Assembly: GCF_009914755.1 (NCBI RefSeq)
Contig: NC_060947.1
Reading direction: 5' to 3' (one strand)
Length of the DNA stretch: 64,000 bases
DNA from: the human T2T-CHM13v2.0 reference genome, Homo sapiens
Positions 33,110 to 46,407 of the stretch are shown here, piece by piece. Made by a program: the position numbers and the translations under genes. Below the pieces are notes generated by a model. It was not told where the DNA came from, searched no databases, and saw only the letters and a program-made list of their open reading frames with translations. Position 1 is the first letter of the stretch, and each line of letters starts with the position of its first letter.

Positions 33110-35748
33110 AATCCATTTATATGTAATGTAACTACTAGTAACATAGGATTTGCATTTGCTATTTTTCTATTTGTTTTCTATAATTACATATCCTCCTAAT
33201 TTTCTATTATTTCATTATTGCTTTATTTTGTACTAAATAGATATTTTGTAATATACCATTTTAATTTTGTCATTATTTATTTTACGAAACTTTAAAAACA
33301 TTTAATTTTCTTAGTGACTGCCCTTTGGGTTACGTTTAACATCTTTAACATAAAACAGTCTCATTCACATTAATGTCAACTTAATTTGTATAGTATACAA
33401 AAACTTTTGCTCCAATAGAATTATGGTTCTTGTCTCCTCTTTGTGCTATTCTTGTCATACAAATAATATGTGTTTATTCTTTAAAAGCTCATCCATACTC
33501 TAATACTTATTTCTGTATGCATTGCTTTTTAAATCAGATAGGAGCAGGAAAGCATTGCAAACAAAAGTACGTTTATGCTGTTATATTTATCTATGTAGGT
33601 AGTTACATTTGCCTGTGCTCTTAATTTCCTTGTCTGAATTTGAGTTACTATCAAGTGTCCTTTTACTTCATTGTGAAGAATTCCCTTTATATTTTTGTGA
33701 TGAAAATGTACTAATGATACATTCTCTTCATTTATATTTATCTGGAAATGTCTTAATTTATACTTCAGTTTTGAATGATAGTTTTGCTAGTTATAGAATT
33801 TTGCATGTACAGTCTTTTTCCTTCAATATTGGAACACACCTCTCCACTGCCTTTTTGCCTTCAGTGTTTCCAATGAGAAGTTAGCTGTTCATTTCTAAAG
33901 AATCCTTCTCATGTGATGATTATCTTTCTTCTTGTAGTTTTTCAAGATTCTCTGTCATTGGTTTCTGATAGTTTGACTTTGTTGTGTTTAGGTGTGGATC
34001 TATTTGATTTACCCTGCTTGGGTTTTGTTGAGTTTCTTTGATATGTAGATTGTCTTTAATCAAGTTTTTGAACTTTTCATCTATTATTTCTTCAAATATT
34101 TTTTCTGACCTTTTCTTTCTCTCTTCTCCTTTTTAGACTCCCATCATACATATGTGACTATGCTTGATGATGTCCCCAAAGTCTCTGAGACTCTGTTCTT
34201 TATTCTTCATCCTTATGTATCTCTCTTCAATGTGAATAATTTCAAATGTCTTGTCTTCAATTTCATTGGTTAGTTTTTCTGCCAGTTCAAATCTGCTATT
34301 GAGTCCCTTAAGTAAATTTAAAATTTTAGTTACGTTACTCTTCAATTCCAGAACATTTATTTGTTCTTTTTTATAATTTCCACACTTTATTGAAATTGTG
34401 TATTTTGTGAGACATTGTTCACATACTTCCTTTAATTCTTTTGACCTGTTTCCCTTCAGTTCTTTGAAAATATTTACAATAGTTAACTTACTATGTTTGT
34501 CTAATAAGTTCACCATTTGGATTTCCATAGGGACATTATCTATGAACTACAGCTTTCCTAGGTATTGGCCATACTTTCCTGATTATTTGGGTGTCTCGTA
34601 TTTTTTTCATGTTGAAAACTGGGCATTGTACATAATATAACTTGGCAACTATGGAAATCATTGCATTATTTATTGTTGCTTTTTTGTTGTTGTTTTGTTT
34701 ATTTAGTGATTCTCTAGACTAATTCTGTGAAAGCTTTTTGTTTATTGTGTGCAGCCAATAAAGTCTCTACTCAGTTAATTTAGTGTTCAGCTAATGATTG
34801 GATAGAGGTTCCCTTAAATTCCTTGAATCAATAAGTCTCACAGCCTATATCAAGAGCCTCTGTATAAGTAAGTATGTTGGGGCATGTCTTCAATATTCTG
34901 TCAAGTAGTTTACAACTCTTTCTAGACTTTAATTCTTCCTTGTAAAGAGCCTCAAATTCAGCCATAGATGAGACATGAGAACTTAATTAAATCTTTTCTG
35001 GGAATATACACAGTCCTGCAGATGTGTGTCACAATCTAGGTTCCCAGGAATATTTCAGAGCTTTTCAAATACCATCTGAATATCTTGTTCTCAAGTGATT
35101 TTTAAACTTTTCTATTTGTGCATTTATTATGAATAACCTTCTTTTAGCCTTAAATGGTAATGCCACCTCAAGTTACTGAGAAGTTAAAAAAGTGCTGCAT
35201 ATATGCATACACAGAGTAATATATACCTATATATTTGACAGAACCCTGGAGAGAGAATTGTGCACACAGAGTGAGCTCTGAATCATGTGAGACAAAACAA
35301 ATATGTACATCTCTCTGGTAGTGAGGCGTTTGGAGTGTTCCAAACTCATTCTTTTCCCTCTTTTGGCTACTAGGCTAATGGTTTTCACACACAGTTGCAA
35401 GGCTGTTGTTTTTCAAGGAGACCACAAAGCTGAATTTTAAAGAATGGGATTACATCAAGTAAAAATGGCACAGTCTTCTATTCCTTCAGAGATTCAACCT
35501 TTTTTCTTTAAGTAAATACTCCTTGGATTTTTGTGAGCCTTTAGGTAATCTTCAAATATCTGAAAGGACTACATTTTGACAATTTTTATTGCCAGTGTTC
35601 TCTTTCCTCTTCTGGAGAAGTAGGTTTTTGGAAGTCCTTAATCCACCATTCTGAATTTGCTTTGGTACTATGTTTAATTTTTCTTAAAATTATTTAAGAA
35701 AAATAATTTTTTAAATAATTTTTTAAATAATTTCATTACTTAAAGTTA

Positions 35749-36123
35749 CTAATATTTAAGAGATATTAGCTGCTAATATTTAAGAAATATTAGCTGCTAA
35801 TATTTAAGAAATATTAGCTGCTAATATTTAAGAAATATTAGCTGCTAATATTTAAGAAATATTAGCTGCTAATATTTAAGAAATATTAGCTGCTAATATT
35901 TAAGAAATATTAGCTGCTAATATTTAAGAAATATTAGCTGCTAATATTTAAGAAATATTAGCTGCTAATATTTAAGAAATATTAGCTGCTAATATTTAAG
36001 AAATATTAGCTGCTAATATTTAAGAAATATTAGCTGCTAATATTTAAGAAATATTAGCTGCTAATATTTAAGAAATATTAGCTGCTAATATTTAAGAAAT
36101 ATTAGCTGCTAATATTTAAGAAA
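35749..36123. repeat. 24-bp palindromic minisatellite (ctaatatttaagaaatattagctg), ~15.5 copies
   Basis: 16 unit starts at exact 24-bp spacing; a single variant base. Confidence 0.98.
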
Positions 36124-36339
36124 AATAAAAAATTTTAATAATTTTTATTAAAAAATTATTTAAGAAAAGTAATGAATATTTTAAAAGTTTGTCAGTGCTG
36201 TATATTTCTGAAGTACTTTCATATTACCATTATGAGCTAGCTTTCCTTGAAATTTTATTAACTGGTTTTTTTTTTAGATTTGCTGTTAACTTTTTTTCTA
36301 CCAATTTATTATTGGTTACTTTTCATCTTTTTTTTTTAG

Positions 36340-36529
36340 GATGTGATGTGTTCATTTGTTCCACATCAACTTGGAGTCTTCAAAGTGAAGCAGATGATAG
36401 AGATTATTGGTTTAGTGGCAGAAGAAGATTTGCAATCTTTGTCGGTAAAATCTTTCCATCACGTATATTTAGCTTTCAACAGCATCTGTAAAGCTTCCAC
36501 CAAGAAAGTTGTGATGAAATTTGATCCTG
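36340..36529 (+). CDS. CFAP47: CFAP47 exon (~9): DVMCSFVPHQLGVF...VMKFDP
   Basis: poly-T tag acceptor, G|gtatgc donor, 190 nt. Confidence 0.93.
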
Positions 36530-36627
36530 GTATGCTATTGTGTAGTGCCCACCTGGCTTTGTTGTTACTGTTGTTAATTTAAGATTATTTTAATATACTA
36601 ATTGCTTAATTACACACGCACATATAT

Positions 36628-36687
36628 GTGAAAGAAGTGCTTTTAGCATTTCCCAACGACCGAGCTGCAACTATCAGGTCTAAAGAC
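36628..36687 (+). repeat. 60-bp intronic copy of exon sequence 37531-37590
   Basis: 54/60 identity, ungapped. Confidence 0.95.
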
Positions 36688-36725
36688 ATATATATATGTA
36701 TATATATAAAATAATGTGGTCTGAC

Positions 36726-36922
36726 CCAGGAGTTCTCATCTTTTAACATGCATCAAAATCACCTAAAAGGCCTGTTAAAACACATGTCATTGGCTTACAT
36801 CCCAGCAATGATTATTAAGCTTGTCTGTGTTACGGCCCAAAGACACATTTTTACAATGTTCCCAGTAGATGCTGACACTGCCATTACTGCCATTCTGAGG
36901 ATTGCGCTTTGAGTAGCACTGG
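36726..36922. mobile_element. MER5A-like hAT element
   Basis: gttctca...tgcatcaaaatcacct...ctttgagtagcactg. Confidence 0.7.
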
Positions 36923-37393
36923 TTTATTGATGTATACAGTTTATTTAATATTTTCCTGGTTTTTATATTTTATTCTTCTTAGTTTTGTTGTTGAGGGAGT
37001 TTATAATATAAACTTTTTGACTATTCTATGGATTTACTTGTTGCTACTGTTTTATCTAATTCCTCATTATCTTTTATATGTTGAACCATATGAAGTTGCT
37101 GATATTCAACTGTTTTGGACCAACAAAAAATTTAGTTTCATATGGGTAAACCTAAATCCTTCAAGTTATCATATTTTATATTTTTATATATGCATTTTTA
37201 TTATTCATATTTTATTATTTTGCTAAAATTGTGTAGGTCTTTTTTATTAATGATTTGTATTTTCCAAATGTGTTTAGGAGTTGAGCATTTAAGTTAGAAT
37301 CAATTGTCTAGTGTATTAATTAATTCATGGTTATTGTTTTTAAAGTTGAAATTAAAAATACCATCTATAAACTTATATTCAATTCTATAAAAG

Positions 37394-37607
37394 GTATATT
37401 GCCTTCGATCCGTAATCCCACGGGAAAGTTTGTGGTCAAAGACTTGGCAAAACGCAAGAATTATGCACCTGTAGCAATGCTTCAATCAGCCATGACACGC
37501 ACTCACAATCATCGCTCATGTGAAGAGCCAGTGAAGGATATGCTATTAGCCTTTCCCAATGACCGAGCTGCAACTATCAGGTCTAAAGACCATCATAAAC
37601 ATTTCAG
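37394..37607 (+). CDS. CFAP47: CFAP47 exon (~10): GILPSIRNPTGKF...AFPNDRAATIRSKDHHKHFR
   Basis: aag acceptor (pyrimidine-poor), AG|gtaaca donor, 214 nt, frame fits both neighbours. Confidence 0.9.
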
Positions 37608-37707
37608 GTAACATGAAATATTAAAACCCTGAAATTTGGAAAAGCTTAATGGACAACACGACATGCAGAAGTTTCATCAGATCCTGCTGTATAACACTAA
37701 TGATTAC

Positions 37708-37738
<31 letters not shown>

Positions 37739-39682
37739 CTGCAATTATCTTTTCATTTTTTTTACATGGAGTGACATGGTTGTTGAATGCCACTGTGTTT
37801 GTTTTCGGTTAGAACCTCTTTTCACCTCAATATGTACTTGCCTGGAAGTGAATGGTATATAAAATGTTCTTCAAATATGCTATTGACAAGTATAGAAGAA
37901 TAATACAAATAATCATCTTTGGAAATGTAACAGGTCCTCAGAGTAGTAATGTTTATTAAGTATGGTTGAAAGCTTGAGTTTATTTAAGCTAAAAAATAAA
38001 ATTGTGTAAAACAATCATGGTTATCATCATCATCATCATCCTCCTCATCATCATCATCTTTGTTTGACCCCCTTCAAAGGCACATTTTTAATAATCTTCC
38101 ACAAAGTGAACTTAAACCTCCCCAATTAGGATGATAAAAAGTGTTCAACCTCAGTTTATATTTATCCAAATCTCAAATAAATTACTAATTTTCCAATGGT
38201 TAGTGAGAAGTGAACCAGGCATCCCGACATGCTTATCTGGGCCCTGTGCCCAGGAATAGTTTTTACACATTTGAGACCGGAATAAGTTTTTTTATTTTTT
38301 TCTGCCTGCTTGTATGCTACTAGTAAAGTATCTAAACTTTATAATGGCTTTGGGCTTTCTGCACTTGTCTTTTTAGCTTTGGTTAGTCATTAAGCTCACT
38401 TAATTCTGCAGACATTTTCTTGCAATACCATTTGATTTTTAGGACATAATTGTTTTATTGTCTATGATAGGAAAAGTCCAGGTTTTTCTATAGTCTATCT
38501 TATTATTTTACAAATTCCATCCAAATTAGCCTTTTTAAAAATTATTACTTGACAAGTACCATAAAACACAGAAACATAAAAACCACTCAGACTCCATTTT
38601 AAATAATTGCCATATTATAGAAAAGAAAATTCTGTTTTTTCCTCTGGCTCATTCTGTTCACTCCCACCCTGCAGAGGTGGCTTCTAGCAATAATTTTTTA
38701 TGTACTTTTTTCAACTCTTTCTTAAGGTTATACACATCTATATAGAGATATATCTATGTATCTACATATGTATATATGTATATATCTATATATGTATATA
38801 GAGATATAATGTGTTAATTTAATATTAATATTTTGTTTCTGTCTCTCTGTATTAATCAAATGATCTAAAAATAGCAGAATTTTAAAAATAAGGCCAAGTA
38901 TTTACTATTTATCCCCTGACCATAATTATTTTTCTCAATGAACACTTTTTCATATTAATAGTTAAGGCAGTATTTAGTCCTTATGTTTTCTGGCCAGCAA
39001 TTAGTAACTTTAAGTAATGAAATAAGTTTTATAGTGTATTTACTTGTTGATAATTGTAATTTCTATTTCATTTTAATGCATTTTACCTTTTCAGTTTTTG
39101 AGAATAAAATAAGGGAGGGATTTTTGTCTAGTTTTTATTTGCTGCAGTATGCCTTGTGCTTAGAACAGTGTCAGGCATAGAGTAGGCACTTGGTAAATAT
39201 TTTTTGAATAAATAAATGAGGAAAAATATTTTATTTCCATAGTAATTTTTGTCCCCTGTTCTTTGCATATTTTAAAAAACTTATCCTCCTTAAGCTGCAG
39301 AGATTACATTTCTAGATGTTTTTCTAAGGAGCTGATAAGGATTTAGATATGTTAATAGTCAGCTCTTTCTCATTTAAGGCATTTACACCACTACTTCTTT
39401 CCTTATCCTTCTCTCCTTGTTAGAGGTATCAGGACTTCAAATATATGTAGGAATTATTTCTAGGTTCTAAAGGTGGTTAAGTGTCTCAGATCTTGAAGGA
39501 AAATTTAAATATCAAAAATCGTCTTTGAGCAACAAAGCATTTGTTTCCTGTCTTGTTTTTTCACTCTCTTAAAGAAATTAACACAGTTAAAGCTGTATTA
39601 CTGTAAACATTGAGGAATTGTTGAAGACAAGAAGAAAAATTAATTTTCATTTGACTTTGTGACTAATACCTTCATACTTATG

Positions 39683-39843
39683 TTTTTTTTCTTTTTTTTC
39701 ATTATACTTTAAGTTCTAGGGTACATGTGCACAACGTGCAGGTTTGTTACATATGTATACATGCGCCATGTTGGTGTGCTGCACCCATTAACTCGTCATT
39801 TATATTAGGTATATCTCCTAATGCTATCCCTCCCCCCTCCCCC
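39683..39843 (-). mobile_element. Short L1PA 3' end (~160 bp)
   Basis: L1PA 3'UTR; TSD catactta(t/c)gtttt. Confidence 0.9.
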
Positions 39844-40542
39844 CATACTTACGTTTTAATTACTGAGGGTGAATATCCTAATGATTAAGAACATTTGCTG
39901 AAGATTGAGGTAGACCAAAGCCAGAAGGTGTGAATACTTGCACATTTTTTTTAATTGAAAATATATGGTGGGTAAAAAGGAAGAGCATAAACCCAGTTGA
40001 GTGAATATTAGATATAAAGTAATTCGCAGTTCTTTTATGAATTGTTTCCTCTATATAGGCTTATTGTTGATGGTTATTTCATAAGTTGTGAAGTTTAAAG
40101 GAGGTAGCATGTTTAGCAAAAAGATTCATTATTGTACATTTTTTTTTCTGACTTTGATCATGATGATCTAAAAACAGTTAACTTTTAGGAAACACTAGTC
40201 AGATACAGATCTAGTTTCTTGGAGTCTTGTCTGTAATCTAGCAGTGTCCAAATTGCCTAACTGACTAATTCTTCAAAGATGGATTTAGAATAGGCACCAT
40301 TACATCCCAGTGACCTTACAACGGATTTTTTTTATTAGATTAAGAAAAAATAGGCTTCACTCTAGTTCTACATTCAATCATGTCTTGATATAGAATAGCA
40401 TATGAGGGGAAGGACTAGAATCTGTTCTATTTGCCATTCCACATCCAACACCTGATATAGAAATTGGCTAGGAGGCTGTCAGTAAATACTGATTGAACAA
40501 ATGCATATATAAAAATATTAACATGACTTGCTTATATTGCAG

Positions 40543-40698
40543 GCCAATTTTCACAAAAGTTCCAAGATTTAACTATGTGAATCATGATTTTGCATATACT
40601 ACATTTGAAAAACAGCAAAAGAAATTACATGAAAACTATTATGCAATGTATCTTAAATATTTAAGAAGTGTGCGCTTGCAGAAGAAACAAGCAGAGAG
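40543..40698 (+). CDS. CFAP47: CFAP47 exon (~11): PIFTKVPRFNYV...QKKQAER
   Basis: ttgcag acceptor, AG|gtaatg donor, 156 nt (symmetric phase 2-2). Confidence 0.93.
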
Positions 40699-40882
40699 GT
40701 AATGTTCAGTTCCTCAAAAAATATGCAACAGATCATGGTGTCTACAGAGTCAGAATTTTTTTTTAACTCCTTGGTTTCTTTTTATTTTAGATGTTGTAAA
40801 CTACATTTCAATACGTGATAAAAGCAAAACACTGAGCTGCTTTAACTACAATTATTTCTTTTGTTACCTTTTAACTCGGAAT

Positions 40883-41280
40883 TGTCTTAGATGGGTTTCC
40901 CCAGAAGCAGATCTTGAGACAGGGATTCCAGTGCCTATGATTTATGGAGTGTGTGCTCTCGGGAGAAACCTGTACAGAATGAGGGAAGCAGAATAGGGAA
41001 GGAGTGAGAGCTGAGGAAAAATGTGTTTCAAATAAAGTTGACACTCAGGGTCTCTTGAGACTAAATTTTACCACAAAGTTGTTGCTGGCTTGAGCCAAAG
41101 GGGCTTGTCTTTTGTGTTCCATATCAGTCATTGGCTGTCCTTGGGTGTGGCAGGCATGAGCATAATTTCCTCGATGAGATGTTTGAGAAGGGAGTCTCCT
41201 CAGCAGAGGACAATTTTATGTGGATTAGTGCACCAGTCTGGTTAAGTGGATATGAGTGAGGCAGCAGCAATATGCACTAT
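40883..41280. mobile_element. ERVL/MaLR-type LTR (LTR16/33-like)
   Basis: ttccccagaagcagatcttgagacagggatt motif. Confidence 0.55.
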
Positions 41281-41360
41281 GGGAAAGGCTTGAATTTACA
41301 GATGCATTTTTTGAATGACTTGACCTCAATTACTGATTATTATTATTATTAATTTTATAG

Positions 41361-41547
41361 GGAGCGCATGTATTCATATGATGATACAGACATAGGCTTA
41401 GAGCCAGGATCAGGTCTAAAGTCACCCTCACTCTCAGAAGCGGAAATAGAAGAGGAGCTGTCTTCAGCAGCAAATTCAATTAGAGCGAATCGATTGTTAA
41501 CCACCAGGGGTATAGCATCTCAGGAGGAAGAGTCTGTGAGAAGAAAG
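41361..41547 (+). CDS. CFAP47: CFAP47 exon (~12): ERMYSYDDTDIG...EESVRRK, ending at a GC donor
   Basis: tttatag acceptor; AAG|gcacgt donor joins in frame to VLKG exon; 187 nt. Confidence 0.87.
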
Positions 41548-41643
41548 GCACGTGCAATGTTTTACATTTGGTTATTCCACGAGAATTCTTAAAATAGCTT
41601 TTGCTAATAATGAATAATTCTGGAAAAATATGATTTTTTACAG

Positions 41644-41740
41644 GTTCTCAAAGGACTTAAATCAGAACCATCCACTCCACAAGAAAAACATGATTGCAGC
41701 TTAATGTTGACACCAAAGCAAATTCATCAAGTAATTGTTG
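41644..41740 (+). CDS. CFAP47: CFAP47 exon (~13): VLKGLKSEPSTPQEKHDC...QVIV
   Basis: ttttttacag acceptor, G|gtgaga donor, 97 nt. Confidence 0.91.
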
Positions 41741-41954
41741 GTGAGAATACACAAAAACCTACTACAGCCTTTATTTTTTTATAAAAAAAAGATTTCTTAA
41801 AGTGTAATTTATATTTCATAAAATTTAAAGTATGCAAGTATCAACTTTGGAAATATAAGAAGTCCTCAGAGTAGTCATAGTTATTAAGTATGACTGAGAG
41901 AATTAACTTTAGTAAATTTAAAGTTATATAACCACCTTCGCAATTTAATTTTAG

Positions 41955-42310
<356 letters not shown>

Positions 42311-42859
42311 TTACTATTTCTACCCCTTGCCTCAGACAACCATTAATCAACTTTCTATACAGTTGCCTATTCTGAAAATAAATGGAATCATACAATATCT
42401 AGCCTTTCATATATTGTTTCTTACACTTAGCATAATGTTTTTGAGGTTCACCCACGTGGTAGGTAGTATCAATATTTTGGTCCTTTTTCTATTGAAACAG
42501 CACCCCATTTTATGAGTATACCACACTTTGTTTATCAATTCCCCAGTTGATGGACATTTAGTTGTTTTCAGTTTGAGGCTATGATCAATAATGCTGCTAT
42601 GAACATTCACATAAAATTCTCTGATTTCTAGGAGTGGAATTGCTGGGTTGTACAATAAATTTATATCTAACTTAAAAAAAAACCCTCTAAAATGTTTTCC
42701 AAAGTGATTGCACAAAGTTGTAATCCTATCAGCAATGTATAAGGGTTACAAGTTCTTCAACATTCTCACCAGCACTGTTACTTTCTGTCTTTTTGATTAT
42801 AGACCTACTAGTGAGTATGAAATGTTATCTCATTGTGGATTTGATACTCATTTCCCTAA

Positions 42860-43263
<404 letters not shown>

Positions 43264-44921
43264 TCTTTGCCCAATTTTTTATTCAAATATTTGCTTTCTT
43301 ATTATAGAAAATGTTCTGTGTATGTGTTTATCTGTAGCATAATGTAGATATGCCTGCAACTTGGATTCTTAGCTTAGTTCTCTCTGGAATTGTGTTTGTG
43401 TGCTTCAAGAACACCATGTGTGCTATAGAGTAGGAAGGCTCTGTACTGAGACCAAACTGGGTTTGGTTCTGCAACCTACTAGTGCAGTGACATTAGGGTT
43501 TACCTCTATGGGTCTCAGTTTCTTCATCTGTGAAATGGGAAGTGATAATATTGCCTACCCCATAGTATAATTGTGTGAACCAAGTGCCTTACACATAATA
43601 AGTGTTTAGAAAGTTTTAGTGAAAACACTTCATCCCTAAGATGAGTATGCTGCATTAGAAAATGCTTAAAGTCTAATTGTAATTCCTTTATCCATTCAGT
43701 CATTTTATAAGTGTTAATTGAATGACCACCATATACTAGACACAGTTCTGGGTTCTGGAGATACAGCAATGAAGAAAACAGACTGAGCCCCTGCTCTCAT
43801 AGAGATTACATTTGGCTGGGGTGGGAGGGAGATAATAAACCTTTCCTTATATAATACATAATTGGTATACAAGGTATGAAGAAACATAAACCAGGTTAAG
43901 TAGATCGAGAATAATAGAATGTTTTCATGGAGAGTCTTTTTTACCAGGTGGTTAGCATCTCTGAGAAGTATATTTGAGCAGAGACAGATACCTGTGTGAG
44001 GTAAAGACATGAGGCATCTGGGCTGACTGTGAGTTAGGAGAACAAGTGAAAACTCCTTTTTAACCTTGAAGAAGTGCTATACAATATACCCTTCTAGGTC
44101 TGTTTTCACCAAGTGATTGAAGGACAGTTATGATTAAAGAAGTAGTGGCTATAATGGTCTGAAGTGGGAGTTCTCATTTCATTCTAACCACAGTTAAGGT
44201 GGCCATGAGGGAGATGTGGACAAAGGATGATTGATTGGGCTGATTCTCTCTCTAGGGGGGAATTCAGCATATAAAACATGGAGAATGGTGGGAGAGAAGG
44301 AATGTAAAGGGGCACAAAATTTTTGGAGTGATAAATGTTCAGTCTTTATTGTGGTGATTGTTTCACAGGTGTATACATATACGAACACTAATGAAATTCT
44401 ATACTTTAAATATGTTCAGTTTACTTACTATATGCCAGTTTTAACTAATTAAGCTGTTAAAGGCAGGGCAAAACTTAAAATTATTAAAATTGCTTTGATA
44501 TAAAATCCTGGGCATTTTAAGGGGAAAACTTAAGCAATGGGTCATGGGAAATTTACCAGTTTCCGTAAATTATAGATAAGTGAACAAAATACTTGTACTA
44601 GTGGGAATAGAGGAGGTGTTGAAGTGTTGCAAATTAAGGTGCTAAGATAAGTTGTAGTGAATGGTTCTTATTTAGTCATATAATTTTTCATATAATTAGA
44701 ATATATTTATATTGAATTGTAGCCAATAATGTCCAAACATTTAATCATGGTCATCTAGAAAAAAAATGCTTACTTAATAATTCCTGCTATTATTGTAAAT
44801 ATTTTTTAAAATTTCATTTTTATACAAATTGGTTGATCAAAATATATTTTGAAAACTTAAAAAGTAAATGAAGTCATTTGCCATCTTTAAACTTAACAAA
44901 ATACTTTTCATTTTTTTTCAG

Positions 44922-45138
44922 GGCCTTCTGTCCTTAACTTTGGTAATATTTGTGTGAACTCTCCAAATACTCATCTACTTCATGTTATTAATATGCTACC
45001 TATGCATGTTTTGCTCCAGTTAGATACTGATTTAGAAGAACTTCAGAAGACCAACCAATTTTCATACGTGATTCTACCTACATCCAGTACTTATATTTCA
45101 ATGGTATTTGACTCTCCCACCATTGGAAAATTTTGGAA
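44922..45138 (+). CDS. CFAP47: CFAP47 exon (~14): GPSVLNFGNICVN...TIGKFWK
   Basis: ttttttttcag acceptor, AA|gtaggg donor, 217 nt; ASH-like LNFG motif. Confidence 0.92.
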
Positions 45139-45446
45139 GTAGGGATTATTTTTGAATTTCTGCTTGTTAGAATCAAAGTGTACTTCTGTAGAATATGTAT
45201 TTATTTTCCTGAATAATTGTATTGTATATTATATTTGTTCTCCAAACATAGAAGCTATATGTGCATCAATTTTTAGATATATAGATTGATAGTTTAGTAG
45301 CAATCTAATTATCTTTCATAATTAAAGTATTACGTGCTAAGAATTGTGGATGTTAATCAATGCTATGTGCATTTTACGTGTAGCTGAATTCTATAATCAC
45401 AAATAACTATTATCAGTTAAATTTGGATGCTTTTGCTGCATTACAG

Positions 45447-45688
45447 GTCTTTCACCTTTACAGTGAACAATGTACCCAGTGGACACATCCTAGTGGTGGC
45501 AGTTGTCCAGCCAGTAACACTTGAGCTATCTTCTAATGAGCTAGTATTGAGACCACGAGGCTTCTTCATGAAAACATGTTTTCGGGGGACAGTTAGATTG
45601 TATAATCGTCAGAATTGTTGTGCTCAGTTTCAATGGCAACCCGTAAACACAGGAAGAGGGATAGCATTTTCTATTTGTCCAGCTAAAG
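45447..45688 (+). CDS. CFAP47: CFAP47 exon (~15): SFTFTVNNVPSG...FSICPAK
   Basis: ttacag acceptor, G|gtaaca donor, 242 nt. Confidence 0.93.
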
Positions 45689-45870
45689 GTAACAGTTTAT
45701 TGTTTGTTTGATTTAGACATTTATTTTTTCATGTATTCATGTATTCTGGTATTAATTATTTATTGAGTGTGTACTGTGTACTGGTGCCAAGAGTATAGAA
45801 GTAAATCAGATACTGTCATCAGGGGTATTTATTTTTACAGATATAATATGATTTGGAAATATGGAACCCT

Positions 45871-46407
45871 TGTTAGGGTTCTCCAGAGAAACAGACCAAC
45901 AGGGAGAGAGAGAGACAGAGAGAGAGAGATAAAGAGAGAGACATTTTAAGGAACTGGTTCTGGCTCACAGGTTGTGTGGTTGTGTGGCCTGGCAAGTTTG
46001 AAATTTGCAGGGCAGGGTGGTAGACTGGAGATACAGGGAAGAGTTGATGGTGGAGTCTTGAGTCCAAAGGCATTCTGGAGGCAGAATTTATTATTCCTCC
46101 TGGGACATCAGTCTTTTCTGTTAAGGCTTTCAAATAATTGGATGAGACCCACCCACATTATGAAAGGTAATCTGCATGTTAATTAACTGATTGTGATAAT
46201 TATTATACTATATATGCATATCAAATCATTATGTTGTACACCTTGAATGTATACAGTCTTTGTCAATTAACTGTTTCAAAAAGCCTACTGATTTAAGTGT
46301 TAATTACGTCTAAAAAAACACTTTCACAACAACATCTGGACTGGAGTTTAACCAAATAACTGAGCCCTACAGCCTGGAGCAGTTGACAGATAAAATTGAT
46401 CATCACA
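45871..46407. mobile_element. MLT2-type ERVL LTR with an inserted L1 3' fragment (~46177-46282)
   Basis: tagggttctccagagaaacaga ... aaattgatcatcaca. Confidence 0.8.

Noticed and set aside
35749-36123. CRISPR-like array of palindromic repeats
   Set aside because: No unique spacers, no cas genes and a eukaryotic intronic context; it is a pure tandem repeat
36647-36677. Possible micro-exon within the exon echo (ttttag...cag|gtctaa)
   Set aside because: 31 nt would frameshift, and both splice sites are weak
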